NCBI GenBank assembly: GCA_951406725.2
Contig: OX597818.1
Location: 112,344,001 to 112,408,000, forward strand
Reading direction: 5' to 3'
Length of the DNA stretch: 64,000 nucleotides
Source of the DNA: Octopus vulgaris
Lineage: Eukaryota
The position numbers and the translations under genes are program-made. Shown piece after piece: positions 39,481 through 53,680 of this stretch. Position 1 is the first letter of the stretch. Each line of letters begins with the position of its first letter. The notes under the pieces were generated by a model that saw only the letters and a list, made by a program, of their open reading frames with translations, was not told where the DNA came from and did not search any database.

Positions 39481-39949
39481 AGAAGAAACCTTCAAAATAT
39501 AAACCATCAAACGGAACCCAATTCTTAATACGCAGATACTGAAAAATAAATTACCACAGAAAAGCAAACAAAAAATTAAATAAACAGCGAAACAAAACCC
39601 TACAAAAACAAATATAGTGAAAACTAAGGTGAGAGCGGCAAAGAGAGCGGGGCGTTGGGGCGGGGGGTAGTGAGTTTATGCAAAAAAGTTGAAGACAAAA
39701 TACGCAGGAAAATATTATAATTAGCTTGTATTAGATGAATAAGTTCAATCAATAGTATGGAGAAGGTAGTGTTGTTTTTTTTTCCTTTCCCAAACAATAT
39801 TGATCGCCATAGAGGGGCAAATCAAAAGTAAGCAAATATGAGATACATTGTTGAGAGTAGCAGGAGTAAGCGTATTGGTAGTGGGGTGAGGAGAAGAAAA
39901 TTGTAGAGAAGTAGGAATGATTGAATGTATAACAATGATAAAGATTTGC

Positions 39950-40535
39950 AAATTGGGCCTGGAGAGCAGCAATTTTGGGGAGGAGGATGAGGCGATTACA
40001 TCGAAACCAGTACGTAACTGGTACTTATTTTATCGACATCGAAAGAATAAAATGTAAAGTCGACGTCGTCGGAATTTGAGCTTAGAACATAGCGATGGGC
40101 GAAATATCGCTAAGCATTGCGTCTAGTGCGCTAAGGATTCTTTTCTACTCTAGGCACAAGGCCCGGAATTTCTGGGAAGAGGGCTTGTCGATTCGATTGA
40201 CACCAGTACGCAACTGGGACTTATTTTATCGACGCCGAAAGGGTGAAAGTTAAAATGACTTCGGTGGAATTTGAACTGAGAACGTAGCGACGGGCGAAAT
40301 ACCTATTTCTTTACTACCTACAAGGGACTAAAGACAGAGGGGACAAACAAGGAGAGACAGAGGGATTAAGTCGATTATATCGACCCCAGTGCGTAACTGG
40401 TACTTATTTAATCGACCCCGAAAGGATGAAAAACAAAGTCGACCTCGGCGGAATTTGAACTCAGAACGTAACGGCAGACGAAATACGACTACGCATTTCG
40501 CCCGGCGTGATAACGATTCTGCCAATTCGCCACCT
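39950..40535 (-). mobile_element. Cluster of SINE family 1 copies
   Basis: Three central-domain copies, with the head at about 40535. Confidence 0.85.
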
Positions 40536-40689
40536 TAAAAATAACAATGATAATAATACTAATAATAATAACGGTTTTATTCATCTGCCACCAGGACGAA
40601 GGATGAGGGGCACAATACGAAGGCAGACATGAAGTGTGGCGGGTTTGCATATGATGGAAGGATAACGTAATTCTATTCTTTATTCTTCT

Positions 40690-41045
40690 ATTCTTTTACT
40701 TGTCTCAGTCATTTTATTGTGGCCATGCTAGAACACCGCCTTTAGTCGAGCAAATCAACCCCAGGACTTATTTTTTGTAAGCCTTCTACTTATTCTATCG
40801 GTCGCTTTTGCCGAACCGCTAAGTTACGGGGACGTAGCCACACCAGCATCGGTTGTCAAGCGATGTTGGGTGGGGGGGGGTGGGGGACAAACACAGACAC
40901 ACGAACATGCACACGCACACAAAAATATATAAATATAAATATATATACGACGGGCTTCCTTCAGTTTCCATTTACCAAATCCACTCACAAGGCTTCGGTC
41001 AGCCCGAGGCCCCAGTGGAAGACACTTGCCTCAGGTGCCACGCGG
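40690..41045 (-). mobile_element. SINE family 2, 5'-truncated
   Basis: Homology to 24853-25710. Confidence 0.8.
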
Positions 41046-41159
41046 TATACAATGAAAAGAAAATGGCCGTGCACATAGTAGGGAGAAGATTATAAAAAAA
41101 CAGGGGTGATGGGGAATGAAAATGATGACGATCATAATGATGTTGATAATGATGATTAT

Positions 41160-41171
41160 AGTAGTAGTAGC

Positions 41172-41227
<56 letters not shown>

Positions 41228-41234
41228 CAGCAGC

Positions 41235-41272
<38 letters not shown>

Positions 41273-41278
41273 CAGCAC

Positions 41279-41332
<54 letters not shown>

Positions 41333-41855
41333 CAGTAGTAGCAGTAGTAGTAGTGTAAATATATCATGCTCCTCGCTGCTGCTTCTTTTGCCTTAATTGT
41401 TATCGTTTTTGATGTTGTTGTTGCTGCTCGCTTTTCTTCTGTTTTTGTCCACACCAACAAATGGTGGGAAAGCCTCCCTTGATTTGGGAAGCCTTATGAA
41501 TATATTTACTTTTGGTTTAAAATATGACATTTGCAAGTCTAAACCTCAACATTAGTCCTTAAAGGACGAAAGTCTAACCCCAGACTGGCTCGCACTGCTT
41601 GCAGCGAGCAGGATTGTTTAGTTAATAGTTCAACGAAATTTGGAATCTCAACTAATAAAACAGTAACAAATAATAATGAGAAGAAGAAGAAGAAGAAGAA
41701 GAAGAAGAAGAAGAAGAAGAAGAAGAAGAAGAAGAAGAAGAAGAAGAAGGAGGAGGAGGAGGAGGAGGAGGAGGAGAAGATGAAGAAGAAGAAGAAGGAG
41801 AAGAAAGAGAGCAGCAGCAGCAGCAGCAGCAACATCTCCAATACAATAACAATCT

Positions 41856-41890
<35 letters not shown>

Positions 41891-41954
41891 GTGATGAAGG
41901 TGATAATGATGATGATGTTGATGATGTTGATGATGATGATGTTGATGATGAGGG

Positions 41955-42005
<51 letters not shown>

Positions 42006-42482
42006 CGACGACAATGATGATGACGACGACGATGATGATGACTTCATGTGCCAGAAGTGCATTAGATAAGAGTGACAGAAGAACACTTGACAAGTGACGC
42101 TGGGAGCTTGCAAAAAAAAAAAAAAGATGAGGGGAAGAATTTTCAAAATAATATCTATAATATTGTTTTTGTTGTCGTTGTTGGTGGTGGTGGATCTGCT
42201 CACTGAATCACACGTTTAAGATGCTGCAGTTGGGTATGATATTGGCTTTCTCCATCATCATTTGTATTTATTGAGTTCGCACTAACTTATTATTGTTATT
42301 ATCAAGAGGCGTGCTAACGTTTTTCAGTGTCTTCTTCGTTCAGGAAAAAGAATTTTGTTCTCTCTTATTTGCTTCTAGGTTTGTTTATTTTTTTGTTTCT
42401 GTTATTATCGTTAAGTCATACAAATGGAGACGAAGCAAGAGAAGCAGGAGAAGGGGTTTAACACGATATGTATGTATATATG

Positions 42483-42528
<46 letters not shown>

Positions 42529-42723
42529 CATATATATTTATATATGTATGTATATAAATATATATATTCATACATATATATATATATATGTATGTATATA
42601 AATGTGCATATATGTGTATATACCTATGTGTATGCATATAGATGCATATATATATATATACATATACACATATACATATATATATACATTCATATATATA
42701 GGTATATACATATATATATATAT

Positions 42724-42764
<41 letters not shown>

Positions 42765-42860
42765 TACATATATATGTATGTATATGCTTATATTTGTATA
42801 TATGCATGTATGTATATATATATGTATATATGCACATATGCGTGTGTGTGTGTGTTTTAT
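41160..42860. repeat. Microsatellite cluster: (TAG)n 41160-41352, (GAA)/(GAG)/(GAT)n 41680-42040, (TA)/(TG) 42468-42860
   Basis: Direct inspection. Confidence 0.95.
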
Positions 42861-43689
42861 ATGTATTGAGATATATTTTTTCTTTTCTATTTACTCTAGT
42901 TTTAGGGCAAACATTCATTACATTACACATGTGTTCGTGAGTGGCAGTGTGAGGAGATGAGTTATATAATAACTATCGCTGAATCTTTCTCCTTCACAAG
43001 CGGAAGAAAAGAACTCCAACTCTCATCGTTTTTGGTGACAATTGCCTAAATAACAGAGATAATTGCAATATTAGCAGAAATTCACAAAAAAAAACAAACA
43101 AATAGCTCTAACAGATAAGAACGCAATACATATAATAAAAAGAATCACATTGATTTTAATTTAAGAATAATAACATGTACCACGGCTACGACTGTGTAAG
43201 TGGAGAGAAAACATGAAACTAAGGACGTTTATGGAAAAGAAATCAGGTTTACACAATGCATGTGCACAAGTATACTGAGTGGGTTCCATTGAAAATCTTC
43301 TGTACAATCTTCTATTTTTTTTGCGACGCTATACACCATTTTTTGAGCTTATTATTCTTTCTAAAACCGGTTCATAATCCATTCGATGTAACTCCTCGGT
43401 AGAGACACAACGTCAATGATATACACGTTCATAAGCCACATTACTTGAGACGTGATCAATTTGGTTTTGTTTCTTTGTTCATTTTTCTCTTTTGCATCAG
43501 GTCTGAACCTGAATGATGCGGATAATTTAGCATAGAAATTTTAATATTGGTATTAATGCTTAGTTTAGTATCATAGTAAAAGTAATTATGTATGAAGAAA
43601 TCATTTTGGACACTGCAACCTGACAGGGAATTACCAATATCTAGAATTATGAGAATATACCAGATATGTTCCTTTTTCGTTTAAATGCT

Positions 43690-44150
43690 GAAACCAAATG
43701 ATTTTTACAGGAAATTAGGGAAAATACCAGTTACCCTAAAGTCTGTCCCATTAAAAGAAGTGAAGGAATTTTGGAATAAAATTTGGGCAGAAGAAAAACC
43801 ACAATTGGATTGATAGAATATCTACAGACTTAGACTTCTTAGAAGAGCAAAAGTGGGAGGGTATTAAGGTTGAAGATAGATCTGCTCTCAGGAAATTAAG
43901 CAAATGGAACTCTCCAGGGAAGGAAAACATTCCTTACTTCTGGTTGAATCCCTTCGAAGAGAGCCATGAAAGGCTAACAAAACCTTACAACAATGTTTTG
44001 TAACAACCTAGTATGATTCCCTGTTGGCTAGTTAATGGTGTAACATTCCTACGTCCAAAGAATGAAGAAACAAATGAACCAAAAAATTATAGATCCATAA
44101 CCTGCTTAACAAGTTTGTATAAAATGCTAACATCTGCCTTGACTGAATAT
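43690..44150 (+). mobile_element. R4/Dong reverse transcriptase N-terminal fragment
   Basis: EFWNKIW, KWNSPGK..IPYFWL, IPCWLVNGVTFL.PK...TNEPKNYRSITCLTSLYKMLT. Confidence 0.85.
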
Positions 44151-44319
44151 AACTCAGCCTATAATAGAAAGGTTTGTTATTGTGTACATAGTATTGTGTA
44201 CCACAGGGTATGTTGGCGTTTTTTTATTCGTGTACAGCGCTGCCATCTCTAGGTGTAGATTTACGTTTCTTGAAGATTTATGAAGGTTTTTGTGGTTGTG
44301 TGCGGTTTTCTATTCTTCT

Positions 44320-44530
44320 ATGTGTTTCCGTCATCAGGCTGCGGCCATGGTGGTGCACAGCCTTGAGGAATCTTAGTCGAACAAATCGACCGCAAGGAAT
44401 GATTTTGCAGCTTGGTACATACTCAATCGCTTGGTCACAGCAACGGAAAACAACAAAGACGGTTGTCAAGCGGCAGTGGTGATGTGGGCACAGAATCAAA
44501 GATATACATATCCACACACACACAAACACA
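44320..44530 (-). mobile_element. SINE family 2, 3' part
   Basis: ctgcggccatgg..., ggttgtcaagcgg, (CA)n. Confidence 0.6.
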
Positions 44531-44677
44531 CACGCACACACTCACACAGACAAATTAAATAAAACTGTTTAATATTGGGGCTTTTATGCTCCCATATTAG
44601 ACTATTTTCATTAGCCACTACATGGTGATCCGTGATCGCTTATAAGCTTTAAGCTTATGGAATAACATATATACAGC

Positions 44678-46025
44678 AGGCGCAGGAGTGACTGTGTGGT
44701 AAGTAGCTTGCTTACTGCACATGCGTGAGTCAGTATAGTTTTTGCCCTGAATGCTGTCAAGACGTGCTTTCGCAGCGGTCTTGAAGTGAAGAGCGTTGAA
44801 GACGCGACTGTAAGGTAGGCATCTGATTTTGGGGGCGGATTTAGTGGGGTTTTGTCGTATGATATTGTTTTTCCTTTTGCAAATAAGAAATCCTCACTGG
44901 GTCCCGGACATTTGCCTGCCTGCGGTCGCGGTAAGTGGCTCACTTAGCTCTGTGAATTGTTGTTTTGTTGGCGTGTCTCAGCTCCCCCACCCCCAAAAAG
45001 TTGTGGAATTTTACCAAAAATTTGTGCAAATCGTACCAATTTGTGGAGCTCTGTTCCTGCTGGTGGATCACCCTGGACAAAGAGTACTGTTGGTCGGAGT
45101 TGGCCGAAGTCCCGTAACTCCGTCGGTGGGAATTGTGCCACCGACGCGTGAAAAGTCATCGTCGGTGGGAGTTGTGCCACCGACGGTGGAAGGAACGTCC
45201 CCGCCCTCTGAAGACGAAGAATTACTTGTCTTCTCGTACAGGGGTGGGGAGATGGAAAATGGTGGAGGAACTCCAAGAGAGAGTAGATCTGGCCTACATA
45301 CGGTGTCCCGTATGGCCTCTGCAGATAGGTATGGAGGTCATAAGGTTATACATGTTGCAAATGCTGGAAAAAAAACTGAAAGAGGAGTTTTGCTTATGGC
45401 CGGATGGCCCTGATACGTCATACTCCACATTTTTGAACGAGGCATGGGAAATAGCGGGGTATGGGGTCATAAGTAATATTGAACATGATGGACATATTAA
45501 CAAGTAAGAGGTTAAAACGCGTCGTTAGTGTTAAATGGTAAGAAGTTTTGAAACATCATCCTATTTTAAAGAAAAATTGTTTTCAGAAAGCGGCGGTCGG
45601 CGGTCGCTGTTCACTTCCCCCATTCATTCAAATATTTTTCATTGATCTCATTAATGTAACCAGCCAGCAGCTACTTCTATGTAATGCCATTGTGGAAAAT
45701 TATATGAAAAAAAGCAGCTTGGTTACCAACCATATGGCCCCGGGCTCAGTCACCCTGCGAGGCGCCTTAGGCAAGTGTCTTCTACTATAGCCTCACGCCG
45801 ACTAAAGCATTGTGAGTGGTTTTGGTCGACGGAAACTGAGAGAAGCTTGTTACACCACCATCACCTGACAACCGATGTTGGTGTGTTTACGTTCTCATAA
45901 CTTACCGGTTCGTCAAAACAGACCGACAGAATAAGTATTAGGTTTACAAAGAATGTCCTGGTGTCGATTTGTTCGACTAAAGCTGTGTTCCGGCATGTCC
46001 GCAGTCAAATGACTCAAAGAAAGGA
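44678..46025 (+). mobile_element. SINE family 2 split by a 1-kb insertion
   Basis: Head at 44678-44715, resuming at 45712. Confidence 0.75.
44716..45711 (+). mobile_element. About 1-kb retroposed insert with A-tail and 15-bp TSD
   Basis: aagtagcttgcttac (44701-44715) and aagcagcttggttac (45712-45726), with an A-run just before the second copy. GC-richer than the flanks. Confidence 0.55.
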
Positions 46026-46028
46026 AAG

Positions 46029-46099
<71 letters not shown>

Positions 46100-46109
<10 letters not shown>

Positions 46110-47643
46110 TGAGAATATGTGTGTGTGTGTGTCTGTCTGTCTGTCTGTGTGTTTCCCTAAAACTTGAGACCTACACCACCAATTTCATTCAAATTTTACA
46201 CAAGCTTTACTTAGGTTCCGAGGAGTGTCATCGGCAAAACAAATTTTGAACTTTTTTCCTAGGGCGAGCCCACAGCAATATCTTATCTTCTCCTCTACGA
46301 TTCCCTAAAACTTGAGAACTACACAACCAATTTCATTCAAATTTTACACATGCTTTACTTAGTTACGTAGTTTCATGGGCAAGAAAAAGTTCAACTTCTT
46401 GCCTGAAGCGAGCCCATAGCAATATCATATCTTCTCCACTATTTCAGTATTACGTGTTAAAAGTGAAACAAAAACATTTATCTATTTTATGTCAGATGCT
46501 TTCACTTTAACAATAAAAATAATAATAACAATTGAATTATATGTGGTAAGTAATAATTAAAATCAAACTAAAGTATAATATAATCGTAACATAACATAAG
46601 TAAAAATAGCAATTGGTATAAAATTGCATCAATGACTTGAACTTGAATAAGTGATTTCACATGAATGGGAATAAATCAAAAATAAAATTAGCGTGCAGAA
46701 ATGGAATAGTCCAGATGGACTATTATACATAAAGGACTATAGCTTCAACTGCGTACTGTTGTTATTATTATTACTGTTTAACTATTGTTATCACGTTTGT
46801 TGGTTCCTCGTAAAGGGAAACGTTGTTGTGTTGCATTTGTTAAATAGTTGTAAACTGTAAACCCCCTCTTTGGGAGAAGGAGCTTTGGTTATTGCTTAAA
46901 AATTGAATGGTATCCCTGTTTGGGGAAATTGACACTCTTTTCACCGTTTACACGGAAGCATTTTTGTTAGAATGCCTTCGATAGAAGAAAGTCCAAAAAT
47001 GAATTTCGCTGCAGTCGTCGGCGGGCGCGAACTCATTAAAATTAACATGGAAGAAATACAAACCTATTTCAGATTGATTACCGACAAAGACGGTGAATCT
47101 AGGATAACACCAACAAACGAAATAAAAAATTAAATTAAAGAGAAGACTGTTGTCTATAAAGTATACAATGTAGGGTAAAAAAAAAGATTTGAACACCTGG
47201 AGGAAAGCACCATCGAAAAGTGTCTTGGTGCGACTATGAAAGATAGTCGCGGTAAATTCGCCACAATAGAAGCAAGTACTCGACTCGAACCTTGCAAAGT
47301 GGAAATATTTTATTTTCACCTTTATATCTGGGACGTAGGACGTCCCGGATAAAAATTAAAAATGTCCTCGCAGAAGTAGAAGTAGGCTGGATTGTAGCAA
47401 CACTTCTATACAAGAGGGAGGAAAAGATACAATTGATCGAAATTGCAAGAGACAGGCCTACAATTCCAGTCTGTTATATATTTTGAGTATTGTTATCACT
47501 AGCGATATCAAGATATAACTTTGTATTTTGTATTTTATGTGTAGATGTATATATATAGATGTACATGTAATATGTACATATATATATACACATATATACA
47601 TGCACTAGTACTATGACCCGGCACCGACGGGACATAATGCTAG
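46100..47643 (+). mobile_element. Non-autonomous Helitron with internal duplication
   Basis: 5' tatataaaactgagaat+(GT)/(GTCT)n and 3' hairpin cccg-gcaccga-cggg then CTAG|T. Internal repeat 46155-46290/46302-46440. Confidence 0.6.
47130..47460 (+). mobile_element. Possible L1/Tx1-type ORF1 fragment inside the Helitron
   Basis: EKTVVYKVY..IEKCL..RGKFATIE..ILFSPLYLGRRTSRIKIKNV..EVGWIVATLL. Tentative recognition. Confidence 0.3.
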
Positions 47644-47671
47644 TATATATATATAGATAGATAGATAGGTG

Positions 47672-48185
47672 CGACAGGTTCCTTTCAGTTTCCGTTTATC
47701 AGATGAACGCACAAAATGTTTGTCGGCCTGGGGCTATAGTAGAATTACTTGTCCAAGGATCAACATTGCTGTAGTGAACCGAGGACATGTGGTTGTGAAG
47801 CGAGCTTCTTATCACACAGCTACGCTTTCTGTTTCTCAGAAACGTTTATATTTTTGAGTTTCATGCAATATGTGGTTTGTAATTTTATTGTGTAGTGATT
47901 ATAATTTTCGTTTCGTTGAAGTTCCTTTTTTTTCTGTCTTGCCATCTGATGGTCATGTGAATTACTGCTCTGTCAGCTGTTTTCTATATTTTGTTGTAAC
48001 TTTTGGCGCAAGGCTATGTGTTGGAGAGGGAGTAGTCTATTATATCGCCCTCTGTGCGTGAATGCTACTTTATTTTATTGATTCCGGAAGGATGAAAGGC
48101 AAAGTCGACCCCGGCGGTATTTGAAATCAGAACGTTATGAGCAGGAAGAAAATGCCATTAAGCATTTTGTCCGACGTGCTGACGA
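47672..48185 (-). mobile_element. SINE family 2 head (47672-47826) and SINE family 1 copy (48000-48185)
   Basis: Homology to other copies in the window. Confidence 0.7.
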
Positions 48186-48854
48186 TACATAACTACTGGA
48201 AACAATTTCTGAAGAATATTAGTTGTTTAATATAACGGTGATCTGTGGGCGTTGAATATATGAGATTGTAAAATGAAAGTCCTTAAAAACTGGATCTTAT
48301 ATCGGATCATGTTTTTATTTCACTTACAAACGCAGTAAATATTTCTCTGTGTGCCATGTATATACATAAAGTAAACATCACTAACTCATTAGCACACATA
48401 TATTAAGAAATAGCTGCAAATCATATACAAATATAAGTAAAACAGAGATCAATGCATCCACGAAATATACAGAAGGTATAAAGGGAAACGCATTTCTCTT
48501 TTTATTTTCACTTCAAAATTTCGGTGATGTTTTATAGTGTGTACACTAGTTTCAGTACAACGTTTTCAACCATACTGCAGTAGGCCAACATCCTACTTAT
48601 ACATTAGATTCACTTGTGCTCCTTTGAAGTCTTTCATATCCTGATTAGATATTCTACCCTGTTTATCATTCACTGCATAAAAAGAATGTTTGGAGAGAAT
48701 TTGGAAAACGTGAAATATGACACACAAACCACAACCTAAATAATTAAATTTCTCCCAAATGTTATCACATTTAGTGTACAGTATGGATCTGTTTTGAGAT
48801 TAAAATGGCTTCTTTCAATGGTAACCAAAACTTTCGTTCTTGGAAGTTTAAGAG

Positions 48855-49342
48855 AGGCCAAAGCATGGCTGTGTGTTAAAATGTTTACTTCCCAAACACA
48901 TGGTTCCAGGTTCAGTCCTGCTGTGTGAATACTTCAGCAAGCGTCTCCTACAAAAGACTAGGGCCGACCGAAGCCTTGTGAGTAGATTTGGTGGACGACG
49001 GAAACTGACAGAAGTTCATCATGTACATACATATACGCAAACACACACACACACATACATACATATATATACATACATACATGCATATATATATATGTGT
49101 GTGGGTGTGTGTGTGTGTGTGCGTGTGTGTGTGTGTATCTTTGCGTATATGTTTATCTCTGACACAGTTTGACAAGCAGTGATATTTTGCTTACGTTCTC
49201 GTCATTTAGCAGTCCAGTAAAAGTGACCGATGTTAAAGGCACAAGGCTTAAAAAAGTGCCGAGGTCGATTTGTTACTCTAAAAGCTCTTCAAGGTTGTGT
49301 CCTATCATGGCCGCGACCTAGTGACTGAAGTTAGTAAAAGTC
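48855..49342 (+). mobile_element. SINE family 2, near full length
   Basis: Head, CORE-like domain, internal microsatellite and catggccgc...gactgaa tail. Confidence 0.75.
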
Positions 49343-51619
49343 AACGGGTCTACAGCTCGGCATCTGAAGTGGCAGGTCCATGTAGCTGTACAGCGTTGAT
49401 TGGCGCTGAACGGAAGAACAGGTTAGATTGCTCGGCGTCTGGTTTAGTTCGAACATCCAAGTGGAGAACCGGGGGAGGTGACAAGCAGACTGACCAGTCT
49501 CACCCAGAAATGGGCAGCTAAGAAATTGTCCTTGAATGGTTGGGTGGGGATGGGGATGACATATATCGCTTCCGTCATCTACTCTTGCCTGACCGTCGTA
49601 CCTTGCTCTGCTTCGCGATAATTCGCTGGTCTTTACGGAGGATTTATGGCCGGGCTAGAAATCACTAGCTTGGCAATGCTACCGGAGAGCTCTGCCGGTT
49701 CGAGACAAGACTTACAGGCACAGAGGTGCTGTCAGACTGACCAACGCGAGACGTGCGCAGGGCAACGAAACCATTCTGCATGCACTCGTGCAATGTCCAG
49801 GCATTGCTAACTTGTGGAGCTTCTTCGAACAGCTGTTGACCTGTGTAAAGCGGATCACGTTATCAGACGAGTCCATCGTGAAGATTAGCCCACTGTTTTC
49901 GTTTGGCCGAGAAAGGAAGGCAGTTTTCTCTGTTTGGAGCCTTCTTTAAGCAAAATGATATATAAACATATGTCTCTACTCATCTTCATACACGCACAAA
50001 GTATCTCTTATACGCACACAGTCTTGGCATTCGTATAACAAAAGTTTTTGTTCGTATAAAATTTGATATGCCGGCATTTTTGAGCAATATTTTTGTTTAC
50101 TTTTTCCACAAGCACAAGCCACGTTTCGACACATCTCAAAGGTGGTCGTATCATATGTACCTAAATGAAACGTTTCGTAACGTGGAACTGATTCAAACTG
50201 TCCGTGCGTTTAGCTGTGTAACTTATTTTCCTTCATTCCGTTTCCCTTTCCGTACACTTTCCCCGATGTCTGCCCGGTTCAGTGGATAGAGCAATCTAAA
50301 TGAGAAACGCAGACAATTTAAATTTGGTTGATCGATTTCACAGCTGGTAGATAAATCATATTTTTTGTTGCACAGTTGGTAGTATTACAGTTTTTGTAAA
50401 ATTAGAGTCATATTTCAGTAACCAGGAGCGCAAAAATTGCGAAATGATGTGAAATGGAAAGAGTGCATGGAAGGTTCATCGGTTGATAACTCCACATCGA
50501 TACTTGGAAAATAACTGGTCTTTTTAATAACAGAGAAGGACAGCTGTAAAAATGGGAAGATATGACTTCTAGTAAAAAAAGAAAATATTGAAATAAAGTT
50601 TTGGAATGGTGAAGGTGCTGGTATGGGAGAGAAAAGTGTTTAACTCGTGTCCAGTGTCACATCAATAACACTTTCAAAAATATTAAATATCAAACGAAAA
50701 ATGAAAAATGTACTTCAGAAGCTCGCTTCACAAATAACCAATTGTGATTTCAGATTTTAGTATTTGGTGCATAAAAGAGAATTCGAAATGTGTACAGCAA
50801 ACACAAACTAGAAATGTTTGAATGTTTTGAAAACTTTTGTTTCAAAATGCAGTATAGTACACGCATTATTTTACTAAAGAGAATAGCAAATTTTAGTTTG
50901 GCAGGGTAGATGCTGTGAGCATGAATTATGCAGCGACTTAGTACTAGTCGTTGTAGATATGATAGGACGTGCATTGCATTATACATTTGCCACAAAATCA
51001 CATTACAAGCTAATACAAGTCGTAGAGGGTAATTATATTTGTCAGTTGACAATATAATACCGGGTGACAAGTAAGAGTTCGTGCTACATAATCGAATACA
51101 AGAAATGTCTGTATCAAATACAAACCAGAAAATGCAAATCAAAGTGAACGGAACGTTCTGCAGATATAATTCCCGGTTTCAGGATTGCCAAATTTCAGGA
51201 TGCACAAGAGTCATTAACAAATTACAAATGGTGACTTACCTTATTCAAGGTTCAAAATCCAGTATTCCTTCAAACAAGACGTGTTATCGGCCATCATAAC
51301 ATTGCAGTTCAGTGTTTATTTTTATTATTAACGGGCTGATAATATATCGTAGCGATAGCTAACCATGAATTTTCTGAAATTCGCTTCCTACGGAGAATTA
51401 AATGACCTGTATAGGTTAACTATGTGTATTCCAGTGAAATTATCCAGATATATGTCTGTAGCCAGCCTCTTGTCTCCAAATATACACAACTCGCTAAACA
51501 ATGATTCTTAGATTTCTAAATTAAAAGATATTATAAACTTCGTCGTCTCTGTAGGTACTACTTGGTACTATCGCCATCTAAAGAACAAGACACTACGTAC
51601 AAAAAACGTCTTGCTAATT

Positions 51620-52005
51620 GGGTTGAAAACCGGATGTTTTATTTGGGTATTGTCAGGACAAGTGCGGGAGCGTCCGCCATTGCAGCGCTTTGCTGCATTC
51701 ACCATTTGGTGGTATATTCCGCCTGTCCTCTCGAGCAATACATCCGGTAGGGCCCCAGTCAGACCACGTCTCCACGAGATACCTCCACATCAGCCAGAAC
51801 CGTATCTAACGAAAAATTCTACTCAGAAATTGGGATGCGTCCAGTTAATCGTGTATTGAAGGAGCGCCAGCACAGATGTTTGGCCATGTTGCCCGGTTTT
51901 CTGGCTTCGACCCTGCTTACCGTGTTCTATTCATTGAGGATCAGTTTGGGTTGGTGGTTCGTGTTGGTCGACCACATGCCACATGGTCGCAGCAGATTGG
52001 TCATG
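51620..52005 (+). mobile_element. RTE-clade LINE C-terminal fragment
   Basis: FGHVARFSGFDPAYRVL...RVGRPHATWSQQI. Confidence 0.7.
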
Positions 52006-53602
52006 TAACAGCTGATATTTGTTTCTATAATTTTGTATTTAGTGATCTGTATTTCCGAACTACTGAGTCTCAACTCAAGAATTTTGCATGTGTACTTTTC
52101 TGTTGTCCCACAACCTGGGAGCTTGAAGACTACTTTGATGCAAGACAGTATACTAGTCCCTTAATATTTGATATTCAATATTTCATCTATTCAATAAGAC
52201 AATCATTACTTCATTTCTTTTTACTATATATACTTTTTATACTATATATTCTATATTCTACATTAATATTACATAGAATATAAATAAAACATAAAAAACA
52301 GACAGAGTTGGAATTCCTTTGAATAATATATATATATATATATATATATACATAATTCAAGGCAGTGTCCCACCATGGCCGTAGAGTAATAACAGAAATA
52401 AGTAAGATACACACACACATATACACACAAATAAATATATATGTGTGCGTGTATGTATGTATGTATGTATGTATGTATGTATGTATGTATGTATGTATGT
52501 ATATATATATATATACATTATTTAAAAGCAACAGAAATATAACAAAAGCTGTTACTCAGAGTATCACGTTCTCATTCAGCGGACAATTTTGTTAAAATAG
52601 AGACAGAAATAACGATATGATCAATACTAGTTAAATGATACACCTTTAAAAATGGATTTATTTCATTGGTCTTTTCAATTAACGGTCTTAAGCATGCGGT
52701 AAACAAAATAAACAATAAATGAATTCAATATAAATTCATCCTATTATAAAAATCGAGGAAACAGTGTGAATCGAAGAGTGGATTCAAAATACGTATTTCA
52801 AATAATTATATACGAAATATAATTCAATTAATAAAATTAATGCATTAATAATTAAAATTAAAATTTTCACGCTGCATTACACAAATATTTTACAACATTA
52901 TATACGCATACTAAACCATCAATATACCTATATACATTAAAATACACAGATGAATGTACACAGACTACATACATATACAGACATATATATGTAAGACGTA
53001 AATATACACACAAATACACATATACACATGTATACATTTGTACGCAATCGTGCTCGCATGGAAAAAAATCACTTGGTCTATACAAATAGACGAGAAGTAT
53101 AATGCAGAGAGGAGGAAAGAAAAGGAAAAGGAAGGATCTTAGAGGTAACAGCGAGAGAAAGAGATGAGTGAGACGAGGGGAGAGGCGTGCAATGTTGAAG
53201 GACTGCATACAAGTAACGAATAAGGAGTGAAAAATACTTTCCGTAAAGAAGGGGAAGAAAGAAAGAAAGAAAGAACGAAAGAAAGAAAGAACGAAAGAAA
53301 TAAAGATAGGTGGGGGAACATGTGTAAAGAACGTACACAAATTAAAATTACGTGTACATGTGTATAAAAGAAGTGTATATTAGCATAAATACACATATAA
53401 GAACACATATATAAATATATGGAAATATGCACGTAAATACACATCCACACAAACATAAGTGAATAAATGCTTACACATACATCCATGTATGTATGTGCAC
53501 AAGTATAAACATACGCGCTTACTTACACATATACATAGACGCATACATACGAATACATATGCATGCCAGCAATACAAAATTCCACATAAAAACATGTCTA
53601 GG

Positions 53603-53680
<78 letters not shown>

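Noticed and set aside
35100-42960. Homopolymeric ORFs (poly-K/E/S/T/P/M, YI repeats)
   Set aside because: They are translations of microsatellites.
49345-49945. GC-richer block, possibly an RTE 5' region
   Set aside because: No convincing endonuclease motif or ribozyme fold could be read.
46445-50388. CAGTATTAC (about 46445) and TAGTATTAC (about 50379) as CRESS origin nonamers
   Set aside because: No flanking stem, far from the Rep cassettes, and plausible by chance in AT-rich DNA.
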